From positions 21,080,001 through 21,144,000 of the forward strand of contig NC_091480.1 of assembly GCF_036971445.1 (NCBI RefSeq): DNA of 64,000 nt, given 5' to 3'. The stretch's first letter is position 1. The number at the start of each line of letters is the position of its first letter. The translations under genes were made by a program, and so were the position numbers. This DNA comes from Narcine bancroftii (Eukaryota). Shown here piece by piece: positions 1 through 12,390 of the stretch. The notes beneath the pieces are model-generated. The model did no database searches, was not told where the DNA came from, and saw only the letters and a program-made list of their open reading frames with translations.

Positions 1-410
1 CGGCGCACTGCTGGCACTGCCTGATGAGTTAATCAACGCGCCACACAACCCCCAGGGGTCGCCGCACGAGCTACTTCCCCAACTCTGGGCCTACGTGGAC
101 TCCTTCGCACTCCCACCACCGCCCAGACATGACACACGGCCATCTTACGTCCCCAGCGAGCTGCACTCCGCAGAGTATATTTTTATTCGGCAGGGCCTGT
201 CCGCGGCACCTCTGCAGAGACCTTACGAGGGGCTATACAGGGTTGTCCAGCGTTCAGGGTCGACATTCACGCTGGACATTGGTCGGTGGTAGGCGGGAGC
301 TGATTACTGTGGACAGGCTGAAGCCAGCTCACCTCGACCCCACCAAACCAGTGATTGTGGCCCAGCCCAAGAAGCGAGGCCGCCCAGCTAAAAAGGACAT
401 TGGCGCCGGT
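1..410 (+). mobile_element. Gypsy/Ty3 LTR retrotransposon, 3' end of pol (integrase C-terminal region), frameshifted
   Basis: The translation contains the Gypsy integrase C-terminal pattern YIFIRQG...PLQRPYEGLYRVVQRSGSTFTLDI / RELITVDRLKPAH, split over two frames. It is followed by a poly-G polypurine tract at 414-424. Confidence 0.85.
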
Positions 411-425
411 TCTGGGGGGGGGGGC

Positions 426-736
426 TGTCTGTGTGGTGGCGTGCCACTAGGCAGGCGAACCAGCCCCACTTGTAATCCACGTGGCGGGGCAGCTGGCCAA
501 AATGGCACCGTTGGGGGGGGTTTGCCCTTCTCCTCAGCACCGGGCTCAGAAGCCCGCGCTGGGGGGCCACATGACGCCCGAGTGACGTCGGCGACCCCCA
601 GCGTGGTTCTCAGCCAGGTCCGGGCTGGGAGTACAAGTCCAGCCCGACAGTCAGTAATAAATCAGTTTTTTTTGGCTCACTGAGCTCAACCCGTCTGGTT
701 GTGTGTTCTTTCAGTAGCAGTGTAGCTGCCGCTACA
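426..736 (+). mobile_element. 3' LTR of the Gypsy element
   Basis: It begins with TG just after the polypurine tract (exact start 426-432 uncertain), is GC/CpG-rich, has AATAAA at 656-661, and ends ...GCTACA at 736. AT-rich host sequence follows. Confidence 0.75.
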
Positions 737-1114
737 CCTGCATCATTCTTTTCACAACAAATGCTGATAGTGGACCTTATATTGACCAACAAGTGCATCT
801 CAAAACAATGTGACATAATTTCTTAGGTAATGTTCCAAAAAAAAATCATATTTCTAGCGCAAGCATCATTCTGACTTGAAGCCATGATTCAGCACAGATA
901 TTCTTTCAATTGCATTCAAATCTAAACAATAATTTGCAAGTGTAGTGATTAAAAAATCATTCTAAATACTATACAAATAGATAATTAGACAAATGTTAAA
1001 TTCATAAAATAATACTACATCTTATCAAAGTTCACAAAAACAAACGAGCATTTTAAATGACTGGAAGGATATTGCCTTAATTGCTTCATTGTATGTTCCT
1101 TCTATTTTCCTCAC

Positions 1115-1257
1115 CTTCTATATCATGAATATTTTTTTTCCACAGATAGAAGCGAGACATGCGCGCCTTGATTCCTTGAGTAAGTCTCCTCCATCTCAAC
1201 TTTTTAAGTATATTGCTCTGACGTGTGACTATGGATGCTTGAATATATTGTTCATCT
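1115..1257 (-). CDS. TMC7: Transmembrane channel-like protein 7, coding exon 3
   Basis: Acceptor ttttattag|A and donor GAAG|gtgagg; phase 2 to phase 1. Encodes (R)DEQYIQASIVTRQSNILKKLRWRRLTQGIKARMSRFYLWKKNIHDIEG, matching the recalled TMC7 segment ending LW..DI..IEG just before the KFGTG motif. Confidence 0.85.
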
Positions 1258-1364
1258 CTAATAAAACAGTTAATGCAAACAAAAACTAAAATTACAAGCA
1301 GAAATATGTCAATTTGCATGAATCTACCCAGCATATTCCAATTGCAACTCAGCATTTGTTTAAT

Positions 1365-1570
1365 TGTAAAAATACCAGAATGCTAGAGGGACTCAGCAAG
1401 TCTTGCAGCGTCTATATGAGGAAAACACATATAACCTTGAAAAAAGGCTTAGACCCAAAACGCTGCTTTGACATCTTCACCTCGAATGGATGCTGCGAGA
1501 TCTCCTGAGTTCCTCCAGCATTCCTGTGTTTTCCTTACAATCACAGCATCTGCAGACTTTTGTGTTTTAC
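1365..1570. repeat. Penelope-like/fold-back interspersed repeat fragment
   Basis: Imperfect inverted arms (atgctagagggactcagcaagtcttgcagc ... gctgcgagatctcctgagttcctccagcat). The same motif recurs near 32140, 39570, 42150, 52800 and 56690. Confidence 0.5.
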
Positions 1571-2099
1571 TCAGTATTTGTTTAAGGTTCAGTATTGTAT
1601 CTTTATTTTGCGACCAAGGCTGAAAATGTCTTCAGATCTGTACTCTTCACTGTGGCAATTCCTTTGAAACTGCAGAGCACCCGATGAACCACATCAACAA
1701 GTTCCCACAAAGGAAACAGTGGAAAAAAAATGGGAGTAGCTCCACAAAAGTTACCGCACCTTTATTTTATGCATTAATTTATTATGAAGTACTGCATTGC
1801 CTAAATGTATCTTGCGGAACAAGAATTATTGTATTGGCGACCTCCGTTGTCCTGGAGACACGCCATCTTGTCCTGCTGTGCGAGCATGGTATGAACGATA
1901 AATGAAGTTGACTTGTTAAGTCCATTTTGATTACAGAATTCACAAATCATTACCCAAAAATTTGAGATAAGGAATAATATTTGTTCTTACAGAATTTATA
2001 TGCAAAAATATTAAATAAATCAACATTTTCCTTTCAAATTGTGATTCTTGACCTAATGCACAGTTGATTAGGCTTCACGTAACTGAAAACACAATATGA

Positions 2100-2838
2100 A
2101 CCGTTTTTCAGGTGTGACAAGAGTATTTTGAGCTGGCTTGGGAGGAATTGGTAGACCAGCTTGCACACACACATTTTAAAACACAGAATTTTTGCAGAAT
2201 GCTTTTTGCAAATGAACAACATACAGCTTGCCTGGGAGAACATGTTATTTTTGTAGGCAGGGAGAGAACAGTTTTGTTCTCAGAGAGGGAGGGTTTGAAA
2301 CAGAGAGAGAGAAAGGGGACAGAAATCAGTTCCAGAAGGACAAAGCTGGCAAACTTTTGGAAGACTGTCTGGTCAAAAGAGAAGACTGGCTGTCTGAAAG
2401 GTGACCTGAAAGAAGGAGGATCTTCTAGAGAACCCTGAAGGAGGCAAGTTTCATCAGCAAGGCGGATTGGAAAGGAATCAATTGTGAATGTCCTGGAAAA
2501 GGAATCTCTCTCGAAAACCAGCAAGAACCCTCCTGAGTGGTAATCATTTGCCTGTTAAGCACCAAAGACTGGTGAACTTTGTTAATGCAAACTTCTGTGC
2601 ACAGTACAAGAACTGCCTGCAACCAGTGAGATTGAACTGTAATCCAAAGAACTTTTCTAATCTTAAATATACATTACACATACCTGCGCTTAGTATCAGA
2701 GGAGGTTAAGTAATAAGTTAAAATTTAATTCTGTTTTCTTGTTCAAATATAATTAAAAACTACTTTTGTTTAAGTAACCCTATGTTGTGGTGCATATCTA
2801 TTGCTGCTGGTTTTGGGGGTCCTCTTGGACTCTGTAAC
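2100..2838 (+). mobile_element. Solo-LTR-like repeat (same family as 41200-42068)
   Basis: Colinear similarity to 41200-42068 (e.g. ttctgtgcacagt.aaga..tgcctgcaaccagtga; ttgtttaagtaacc; gctgctgg...ctctg.g...tgtaaca). Both copies end in TGTAACA. Left boundary approximate. Confidence 0.55.
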
Positions 2839-2849
2839 ATAGGAAAGTG

Positions 2850-3650
2850 TATACCCTCAACCCCATAATATGAGGGTCATCTGTATTGGCATCTCAAGAT
2901 ACATTCTAAGTAAGGATACAAGTCTGGCTATTTGCGGTTAATGCACATGATTAACTTGAAGTGAAATTAAGATGTTATTTTTCTGAAAATTAGGTGATCA
3001 AGCCTGGTAGCAATACTATACTTATGACATAAATTTCAACCTAACCTCTCTTATTCTGTACTTTGTATTTCTATTCATGAATCCTGGCTTCACCAATGAC
3101 TCACTTGCAATTTAATGTACCACATTTTGTGAAACCAGACACAGATCAGGTGACCATTTCATGCAGCCCTGTGTTCATAGGCAATTCAGAGATACATGCA
3201 TTCTTCATGCCAGTCCCACTCTTCCCTCTGCCTCCATCACTGTTATAAACTAGACCTCTGTAAACTTGAGAAACGGCTACTTGGCCAATTCAGCTACGAG
3301 CCATCCATCTGTGATATTAGCACAGGAGTTTCTTTATCCATTAGCAAAGCTTGACATGCTGGGCACTTCTGACAGTCCTACATTTGGTAACTTTAGGTTT
3401 CTCTCTTCATCTGTCCCATTAAAACATCAACCAGATGACCTCTCCAAGCTCGACTTTATTTGTACAGCATTGCTGCCCTCATCCTACAAGAGATATTCTT
3501 TTTGTTCTATACCTCCATTTTTAAATCTTGCTTCACACTTCTCAGTATTACATTGTATCTGCCACTTGTTTGTCCATTCTGTAAGCCTGTGTCCTCTTGC
3601 AGCCTATTTCAATCTTCATTGTTTACATGCTTTAAATTTCATGTAACCTA
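2850..3650 (-). mobile_element. Degenerate Chapaev3-like (CMC) DNA transposon fragment
   Basis: A decayed minus-strand stretch resembling the N-terminal/central part of this transposase family, adjacent to the clearer fragment at 3820-4385. No intact ORF. Confidence 0.4.
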
Positions 3651-3819
3651 ATTTAGAGTTGCAAAAGTTGACAACAAATGTGCAATAAAAGTGAACGTGA
3701 TCACCACTCCCAGATTGTCTTCTTCACTCGTAACCCAGGGGGTTAAGCGATATTTAAATAGAAACAAATTTTGATGGTCTGAATAATCGATTACAGTGGA
3801 CAATGAAGATTTGGCCTCC

Positions 3820-4385
3820 TCAACACTTTTGGGTGTATTTATGGATTTTGGGCAGTTGATCACGGAAATCACTTTAAATTTTCCCATCACATACCTTATT
3901 ATATATATAACCTATTTTTGTGATCTCCTGTCATATTTTAAGTCTTCTTCAAGCATACAACAGGTTTTTGAAAATTAATCTTCTGCTTCCACACTTGGAT
4001 TTTTTCCCTGCAGATCTTGGTGCACTCAGTGAAGAACATGATGAAAGGTTTCACCCAGACATTGCAACCATGGAAAAGCAGTATCAGGGCAACTGGAATA
4101 TATCAATGCTGACCGACTATTGTTGGACACTGACACAAGAGGCATCAGATGCTGAATATGAACTAAAATCAGTAGAAAAACAATATAAGATCAGTTGAAC
4201 TAACACAATGTGTCAGCATCGTTATGTGGTAAAATATGCAGAATTTAATATAAGTTAATTTAATGTTTCTTTAACTTCCGACATGATATAGCAAATCTGC
4301 AATTATCTTCGTTTTCAGCTTGAAGTTGTCTATCATAATCCCCAATTTTGTTTCACGAAGCAAACCTTTAGAACAAATTTGTAGA
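3820..4385 (+). mobile_element. Chapaev3-like (CMC) DNA transposon, internally deleted, transposase C-terminus
   Basis: Encodes HLDFFPADLGALSEEHDERFHPDIATMEKQYQGNWNISMLTDYCWTL. Its subterminal sequences are shared with 28309-29075 and 33768-34413. Confidence 0.7.
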
Positions 4386-4802
4386 ATTTTGAAGTTTTGG
4401 TGTTGGATTTATCTTATTTTGCTCAGGTTGTTTTTTTTGGTGAGAATTAAACATTATTTCATGCTTAAAATACCTTCTCTTATTGTTTAAACACTGTTAC
4501 AAGCAATTTGCTGTTGCTACTGGGCTGTTTTTAAAAAAATGAACATTTATCTGAAAATATCATTTATCCAAAATAGGATTTCAGATAATTGGAATTGTAC
4601 TGTAATTTTAAAAAAACTTTATGCTGTAGGATGGAGATCAATTATAAAGGTAATATGAAATGCAGTTCCTTGGTCAAATTTCAAAAGTATGAGAAAAGAC
4701 AGAAGAAAAAAGCAGAGGATATGGGTTTTCAAGAAAGAAGTCAAATGAAGATTCCAGAAAGTCAGCAGATAAAAGGCTGAGAAACTATGGTATGCATTAA
4801 AT

Positions 4803-5394
4803 TCTTTGGCTTGGCTTCGCGGACGAAGATTTATGGAGGAGTAAATGTCCACGTCAGCTGCAGGCTCGTTTGTGGCTGACAAGTCCGATGCGGGACAGGC
4901 AGACACGGTTGCAGCGGTTGCAGGGGAAAATTGGTGGGTTGGGGTTGGGTGTTGGGTTTTTCCTCCTTTGTCTTTTGTCAGTGAGGTGGGCTCTGCGATC
5001 TTCTTCAAAGGAGGTTGCTGCCCGCCGAACTGTGAGGTGCCAAGATGCATGGTTTGAGGCGAGATCAGCCCACTGGCGGGGATCAATGTGGCAGGCACCA
5101 AGAGATTTCTTTAGGCAGTCCTTGTACCTCTTCTTTGGTGCACCTCTGACACGATGGCCAGTGGAGAGCTCGCCATATAACACGATCTTGGGGAGGCGAT
5201 GGTTCTCCATTCTGGAGACGTGACCTACCCAGTCCAGTTGGATCTTCAACAGCGTGGATTCGATGCTGTCGGCCTCTGCCAGCTCGAGTACTTCGATGTT
5301 AGGGATGAAGTCGCTCCAATGAATGTTGAGGATGGAGCGGAGACAACGCTGGTGGAAGCGTTCTAGGAGCCGTAGGTGATGCCGGTAGAGGACC
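4803..5394 (-). mobile_element. RTE-clade LINE, 5'-truncated 3' end
   Basis: Encodes WVGHVSRMENHRLPKIVLYGELSTG..RGAPKKRYKD...CNRCNRVCLSRIGLVSHKRACS*, then an (AAGCC)n-like tail. Flanked by the candidate TSD CATTAAAT at 4795-4802 and 5395-5402. Confidence 0.85.
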
Positions 5395-5849
5395 CATTAA
5401 ATAACAAAAAGACAAATGCAACAGTTGAGTACAAACATTCAATGCACTTGAAAGAAGGAAACAGAATGTAATGGATGACCAGTCTTGTGAAGAGAATTCT
5501 TCCTCTAAAAGACTCCATCCCTCTTGTGCAAGTTAAGGTCATGACAAATACTATGTGAAAGAGAAGTCTCATTTATATGGTATGTTGGAATCTTCCCAAG
5601 GCAATTGAGAATCAACAAATTATTTGTTGAAGAAAAAAGACACGTTGCAGTGTAGGAAAAATAGTAGCCAATTTGCACACAGTAAGCTCTGAAAAACAGC
5701 AATATGACAGTTACGAGAGAACTTTAGTAATATTGACTGAGGAATATATTACACAAGCGCTGGGAAAATTCCACCACTTCAAAATAGTGCAGGGATCTTT
5801 TACCTCCACTTGAAATGTTTCAGCAACCTGATCTATATTTTTCAGAAGT

Positions 5850-6640
5850 TAGAAAAATAAGGGTGATCTGGTTTAAATATTTAAAATCCTTTGGAGGGAT
5901 GACAGTGTTGATGTTGAGATGTTTCTGCTTGGGTTGGGGTGGGGTTTGATGGAAAATCTCAAACTGGAGACCTAATTACAAGATTAAGGGCAGTCATTTA
6001 AAACTGAGGTGCACAAGGAAGTTCCTTTCAGAGAGAGTGATGAATCTCTGGAATTCTCTTCCCAGAAAGTTGCGGATGATACAATTATTGTGGGTATATG
6101 CGCTGGGTGGGTCACGTCTCCAGAATGGAGGACCATGGCCTTCCCAAGATCGTGTTATATGGCGAGCTCTCCACTGGCCACCGTGACAGAGGTGCACCAA
6201 AGAAAAGGTACAAGGACTGCCTAAAGAAATCTCTTGGTGCCTGCCACATTGACCACCGCCAGTGGGCTGATATCGCCTCAAACCGTGCATCCTGGCGCCT
6301 CACAGTTTGGCGGGCAGCATCCTCCTTTGAAGAAGACCGCAGAGCCCACCTCACTGATAAAAGGCAAAGGAGGAAAAACCCAACACCCAACCCCAACCAA
6401 CCAATTTTCCCCTGCAACCGCTGCAACCGTGTCTGCCTGTCCCGCATCGGACTTGTCAGCCACAAACGAGCCTGCAGCTGACGTGGACATTTACCCCCTC
6501 CATAAATCTTCGTCCGCGAAGCCAAGCCAAAGATGGATGGGGAACTAGCAAAGAAGAGGAGAAAGGACTGAGACAGATCAGCTGTGGTCATATTGAATGA
6601 CTGGGCAAGTAGCTGAGTGACCTACCAATGTTCTTGTATT
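5850..6640 (+). mobile_element. Old CR1-type LINE 3' fragment interrupted by an RTE insertion
   Basis: CR1-like 3' sequence (agggtgatctg...tttaaaactgaggtg..aaggaa.ttc.tt.cagagagtg.tgaatctctggaattctct) resumes after about 6530. Confidence 0.55.
6100..6531 (+). mobile_element. RTE-clade LINE 3' end (young copy)
   Basis: ORF RWVGHVSRMEDHGLPKIVLYGELS...LVSHKRACS*, nearly identical to the copies at 4803-5394 and 22756-23358. Ends gaagccaagccaaaga. Confidence 0.85.
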
Positions 6641-7378
6641 CTCATCTGAAAGACAGCATCTCTTAACACCAATTCTGCAGTATGTGACTTGAACCAAACT
6701 CCTGTGACTAGGAAGAGAGTGCACTCAACTGTTTACACTTTACATTATGGTGATATACTTACCAAAAGTGCATTTTATGGACACATAATCCATTGTTGAA
6801 GAAGCAGCAGAAATCAGAAATCCAAAGAGAGGGGGAAGCACAAGACTGGCAGGAGATAAGGAAGACAGGTTCAGAAAAAAAAAGAAATGCAGTGGTGCTT
6901 GGGACAAAGAAAATTATTCTTACAAGTTTGTGTATTATTTTGATATTGTAAGCAAGTCTGAATGTTGTAATGAATAAGTCTCCACATTTGATTCAATACA
7001 ATTCCATAGAGAAAATAGAGAGCCAATGAACGATAACCTTTAGCAATTATCTGGGATTACACAGAATCCATCCCTCTTGCTTGTCATATTCCATGCCAAC
7101 TAAAAATAACTACCCTATCAATTAAATTTATTGCACAAAAGCAGAGCTCTAATTAGTAGCCAGACATACACTGTTGATTAAATGCACACAATTAATATCG
7201 TGGAATAGAATATTTATATTTAGTCTTATAGAAGCATAACCATCTTATTTATCAGCAAAAATCTCCTCCCATTACACATGATTTCCACTGAGGACTCAGA
7301 ATAATCATGTATATTAATTTCTACACTTTATTCACAACACAAACCAGACCTCATCGAGGGGTTACGAACTTCAAAGTA

Positions 7379-7580
7379 CAGGTATATTCCGATTTACGAA
7401 AGTAGAACACTCCCATGAAACCTTTCATAAGCTGAAATGGTGTAAAACAAAGACCCATTCACTATTGAACGCTATTTTCGTAAAGGGAAAACCCATTCAC
7501 ATTTACTTCGGATAGCAAACAGGTTTATTCGTAAAAGCAAATTTGCATAAACCGAGTATTCGTAAAGTGGGGTATACCTG
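7379..7580. mobile_element. Tc1/mariner (Tigger-like) MITE
   Basis: TA|CAGGTATAttCCgaTTTACGAA ... TTCGTAAAgtGGggTATACCTG|TA terminal inverted repeats with TA target duplication. Confidence 0.8.
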
Positions 7581-7599
7581 TACTGGGTGCCATTATCTC

Positions 7600-8135
7600 T
7601 GAAGATCTATCCTGGGGACTCCATGTCGATGCAATCATGAAGAAGGCTCACCAGCGATTATACTTCATGAGGAGTTTGAGGAGACAGTATCTCACCAAAG
7701 ACCAGCAAATTTCTACAGGTGTACCATGGAGAACATTCTGACTGATGTGGAGGTGCCAATGCACAGGTCAGGAAAAGACTATAGAAAGTTTTCAATTCGG
7801 CCAGCGTATAATAGGCATCTTTCTTCACTCCATCGAGGACATCTACAAGAGGCTTGTAGATGGAAGCAGCCTCTATCCTCAAGGATACTCATTGCCAAGG
7901 TTAAGACCTATTCACACTGCTACTATCAGGAAAGAGGTACAGAAGCCTGAAGATGAACACCCAAAAATAGCTTCTTCCCCTCTGCCATCGAATTTTGAAT
8001 GGACAATGAACCAGAAACACAACCTCACTTTATCCTCTTTTGCTCTAATCTATTGACTTTTTAAAAATGTAATATTTGCAACTGTAACGCTACTGCAAAA
8101 CAATGAACATAATGATAACATGATGATAAATTCTG
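7600..8135 (+). mobile_element. Rex1/Babar-like LINE 3' fragment
   Basis: Degenerate KKAHQRLYFMRSLRR-type RT C-terminus with a (ttctga) tail; reverse-complement similar to 14620-15280. Confidence 0.6.
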
Positions 8136-8503
8136 ATTATTCAGGACTTCATCCTTTTTCCCCCCCATCAAATTACTTTTGACATATTTTTCTTTCCCAT
8201 ATTTGGGACTTTGATGCCTTCCCACTTATATTAAAAAATCCTGTTTTCAATCTTTAATTGCAGAACTCCACATCATCAATGTCTGTTCCAGTGGCTATAA
8301 TAGGTCATTGACATTATTCAAAATAAATTTGAGAAATTTCCTTCTCTCCAGGCTGAAGCTTAGATCAACATCATCCAAGATAAATTAATGATTGTTTATC
8401 AAAACTATTTTTGTGGAAAGCTGATTATTTCTTTATTTTGAATCCCACTTATTTCACGTTTATAGATTCAAAGATCAGTTACAACAGAAATACATTGACT
8501 AAC

Positions 8504-8726
8504 CTGATTCTCCTCTTTTCTTTAATACTAATAGGAAATTCTTGTAGTGGTCTTTCGGCTTGTTCAAGTTCACCTCCCAATGAATCTTCTCTCTTTAATG
8601 AACCTCTGAAATAACTGGCGAGGGTGCTTCTCCTTCTGATTGAGGACGAAACAGTGTGAGATCCTCTAACCAACGTCTGATAGCTTGGCAATTCATGCAA
8701 AAGTGGATTGATGGAGAAAAAAACTC
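8504..8726 (-). CDS. TMC7: Transmembrane channel-like protein 7, coding exon 2
   Basis: Acceptor ttgatttacag|GA and donor ATCAG|gttagt; 223 nt, phase 1 to phase 2. Encodes VFFSINPLLHELPSYQTLVRGS...PLQEFPISIKEKRRIR, matching recalled TMC7 motifs L.ELPSY and EKRR.R. Confidence 0.88.
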
Positions 8727-8876
8727 CTGTAAATCAAGGTTTAAAAGAATCCAGTAAGTGAAAAAAAAAACTAATTTATTCATTTGTCATGCCCTTAACC
8801 AAAATTAACTAAATGGATTTGCAAAATAAAGTTGTTGTCATACATCTTAAAATGTCCAAGCACAGATCCACAACAG

Positions 8877-8950
8877 GAAAATAAGTTGACCAGCTCATCA
8901 AGAAAATAAGTTTACAGCTCATCAAGAAAATAAGTTTACCAGCTCATTAG
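8877..8950. repeat. Short tandem repeat, ~24-25 bp x3
   Basis: gaaaataagtt(g/t)ac(c)agctcatcaa occurs three times in tandem. Confidence 0.8.
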
Positions 8951-9825
8951 GAAGATTTTCCAATGAAATTATCTTTCCGCTTGTCATTCAAAACCACATT
9001 CTACACAACTCATACAAATTATTCATTGGTGGATGGCATATCAATCATTTGTTTATGCTTTGCATTGTGGAGCATCTGAAGCAATGCAGGAACAACACCC
9101 ATCCAGGCAAATAAAAAATACTCCTGATTCATGCCTTTAGGAATCTTTCTTCTGACAAAGTCAAGGTTTACAGTGATTAAAAGATTGGAAATTATCACCA
9201 GGGACATTAACCCAAAGCCAACACTCCCTCCGCCCAGGACATCAAACCAAGATGCAAACCCTGGGAGTGTCAGGAGATGTCACTCAACACAGGACATAGA
9301 ATCACAGAAAATTAAAATTTACAAAAAAAGGCAGACAGGAGAAATCTAAAACAAAATCAAAAAATAATGTAAACAGGTCCGACAGCACCCACAGAAATAC
9401 AAACAGAGGTACGATTTCAATTTTGAGATACTTTCTCAGAAACCACTGTGGAGCTTCTGGAGTTTATTGCCAGTTCAGGACTCATTACTTGTGGGATTGG
9501 TCCTGTTTATCTCTAGCAACCTCTAGCAACTGAGGGATTTGATGAAGATGATACAAATGAATTTGTAATCCCTAATGTTGCTGTGTGCCGCAAAGACAAC
9601 TGAGGTGGTCAATTCAGCAAAATTTTTACGAAGTTAAAAATTTAATACCCTATCACCCCAAAAGTATGCTGAAATTCAGAAAGGCAACAAATCCTCCTTG
9701 TCTAAAATTGGATGAAATCAGATTTGCTTCCTTCTGACAAAAATCGGGGTTTCCAGTAATTGAAAGATTGGAAATTATCACCAGGGACATTAACTAAAAG
9801 CCAGCATTCCTAACACCCAGGGATC

Positions 9826-12090
9826 AGGACATCAACTCAAAGTCTGCACTCCCACTGCTTGGGACATAAACCCAAGGCCGGCATTCCCACCGCCCGGGAC
9901 ATCCACTCAAGGCTGGCACTCCCACCGCCCTGGACATCCACCCAAGGCCAGCACTCCCACCGCCCTGGACATCCACCCAAGGCCGGCACTTCCATTGACC
10001 CGGACATTCACCCAAGGCCAAGACCCCCACGGCCTGGGACATCAACCCAAAGGCCAAGACCCCCACGGCCTGGGACATCAACCCAAAGGCCAAGACCCTC
10101 ACAGCCAGGGACATCAACCCAAAGGCCAACACCCCCACGACCCGGGACATCAAGCCAAAGGCCAAGACCCCCACTGCCCGGGACATCAACCCAAAGGGCA
10201 AGACCCCCCATTGCCCTGGACATCCACCCCAAGGCCGGTACTCCCACCGCCCCAGATATCCACCCGGCACTCCCACCGCCCCGGACATCCACCCAAGGCA
10301 AAGACCCCCATGGCATGGGACATCCACCCAAGACCAAGACCCCCACAGCCCAGGACATCAACCCAAAGGCCAAGACCCCCCACCGTCTAGGACATCAACC
10401 CAAAAGCCAAGACCCCCACCGCCCGGGACATCAACCCAAAGTCCAAGACCCCCTCCGCCTGGGACATCAAGCCAAAGGCCAAGACCCCCACTGCCCGGGA
10501 CACCAACCCAAAGGGCAAGACCCCCCATTGCCCTGGACATCCACCCCAAGGCCGGTACTCCCACCGCCCCAGATATCCACCCGGCACTCCCACCGCCCCG
10601 GACATCCACCCAAGGCAAAGACCCCCATGGCATGGGACATCCACCCAAGGCCAAGACCCCCACAGCCCAGGACATCAACCCAAAGGCCAAGACCCCCCAC
10701 CGTCTAGGACATCAACCCAAAAGCCAAGACCCCCACCGCCCGGGACATCAACCCAAAGTCCAAGACCCCCTCCGCCTGGGACATCAACTCAAAGGCCAAG
10801 ACCCCCACCGTCCGGGACATCAACCCAAAAGCCAAGACCCCCACCGCCCGGGACATCAACCCAAAGGCCAAGACCCCCACAGCCCGGGACATCAACCCAA
10901 AGTCCAAGACCCCCTCCGCCCGGGACATCAACCAAAAGGCCAAGATCCCCACCGCCTGGGACATCAACCCAAAGGCCAAGACCCCCACCGCCCGGTATAT
11001 CAACCCAAAGGCCAAGACCCCCACCGCCCGGTATATCAACCCAAAGGCCAAGATCCCCACTGCCCGGGACATCAACCCAAAGGCCAAGACCCCCACGGCC
11101 CAGGACATCAACCCAAAGGCCAAGACCCCCACCATCTGGGACATCAACCAAAAGGCCAAGATCCCCACCACCAGGGACATCAAGCCAAAGGCCAAGACCC
11201 CCACTGCCTGGGACATCAACCCAAAGGGCAAGACCCCCCCACCGCCCTGGACATCCACCCAAGGCTGGCACTCCCACCGCCCCGGACATCCACCCAAGGC
11301 CAAGACCCCCACAGCCCAGGACATCAACTCAAAGGCCAAGACCCCCTCCGCCCGGGACATCAACTCAAAGACCAAGACCCCCCCCCCCACCGTCCGGGAC
11401 AACAACCCAAAGGCCAAGACCCCCCACCGCCCGGGACATCAATCCAAAGGCCAAGACCCCCACTGGTATATCAACCCAAATGCCAAGACCCCCAACGCCC
11501 GGTACATCATCCCAAAGGCCAAGACCACTACCACCCGGGACATCAACCCAAAGTCCAAGACCCCCTCCGCCCGGGACATCAATCCAAAGGCCAAGACCCC
11601 CACGGCCCGGGACATCCACACAAAGGCCAAGACCCCCACGGCGCGGGACATCAACCCAAGGCAAAGACCCCCATCACCACCACATCTGGGGCATCAATCC
11701 AAGGCCAAGATCCCCACGGTCCGGAACATCAACACAAGGCAAAGACCCTCACCACCACCCGGGACATCAACCCAAAGGCCAAGACCCCCACCGTCCGGGA
11801 CATCAACCCAAGGCAAAGACCCCCACCACCACCCGGGACATCAACCCAAGGCAAAGACCCCCACCACCACCCGGGACATCAACCCAAGGCAAAGACCCCC
11901 ACCACCACCCGGGACATCAACCCAAGGCAAAGACCCCCACCACCACCCGGGACATCAACCCAAGGCAAAGACCCCCACCACCACCCGGGACATCAACCCA
12001 AGGCAAAGACCCCCACCACCACCCGGGACATCAACCCAAGGCAAAGACCCCCACCACCACCCGGGACATCAACTCAAGGCCAGGATCCCC
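9826..12090. repeat. C-rich (+ strand) minisatellite, 36-bp unit changing to a 38-bp unit near the exon
   Basis: Consensus gggacatcaacccaaaggccaagacccccaccgccc (36 bp). From about 11800 a homogeneous 38-bp unit, cccgggacatcaacccaaggcaaagacccccaccacca. The array abuts the TMC7 exon 1 donor. Confidence 0.95.
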
Positions 12091-12094
12091 CCAC

Positions 12095-12360
12095 TCACCC
12101 GGGCTGCTGGACTCGGGTGGACCCCCCTGCATGACGCCAGCTCGCTTCCCTCCCTCAGGTGTGGTGCCGGTGCCGTCGCCGTCGCTTCCGGCGTGCCCGT
12201 CACTCCGTGACGCAGCCGGGTGGGCTCTGCGCAGGGGCAGTGTGGGCCGCGCCAGTGGAGGACGTTCGGCGGTGGGCTGGCGAGAGCAGCGCGGTGAGCG
12301 CAGACCCTTCCGCACTCGAGGGAGACGGTTTCGGACGGGAGAGTGGCCGCTGTTTCTGTG
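12095..12360. promoter_or_regulatory. CpG island / probable TMC7 promoter and 5' UTR
   Basis: Non-repetitive, very GC- and CpG-dense segment (gccggtgccgtcgccgtcgcttccggcgtgcccgtcactccgtgacgc) in an otherwise CpG-depleted window. Contains an ETS-like CTTCCGG. Confidence 0.7.
12099..12132 (-). CDS. TMC7: Transmembrane channel-like protein 7, coding part of exon 1
   Basis: GGCGTC-ATG (G at -3) MQGGPPESSSP G|gtgagt; a strong donor whose phase 1 matches the exon 2 acceptor. Lies in a CpG island. The peptide itself is not recognisably conserved. Confidence 0.72.
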
Positions 12361-12390
12361 TCCTCCACATCATGGCCTGGAGCTTCCCAG

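Noticed and set aside
10632-12134. 500-aa ORF (GHQPKGQDPHRP)n and overlapping ORFs as a collagen- or histidine/proline-rich protein
   Set aside because: These are a by-product of a stop-poor 36-bp minisatellite that is open in several frames on both strands. Unit-length indels shift frames freely, and the ORF is antisense to TMC7 intron 1.
12133-12315. Non-AUG N-terminal extension of TMC7
   Set aside because: The frame is open upstream of the ATG, but that is expected in GC-rich UTR sequence and there is no conservation evidence.
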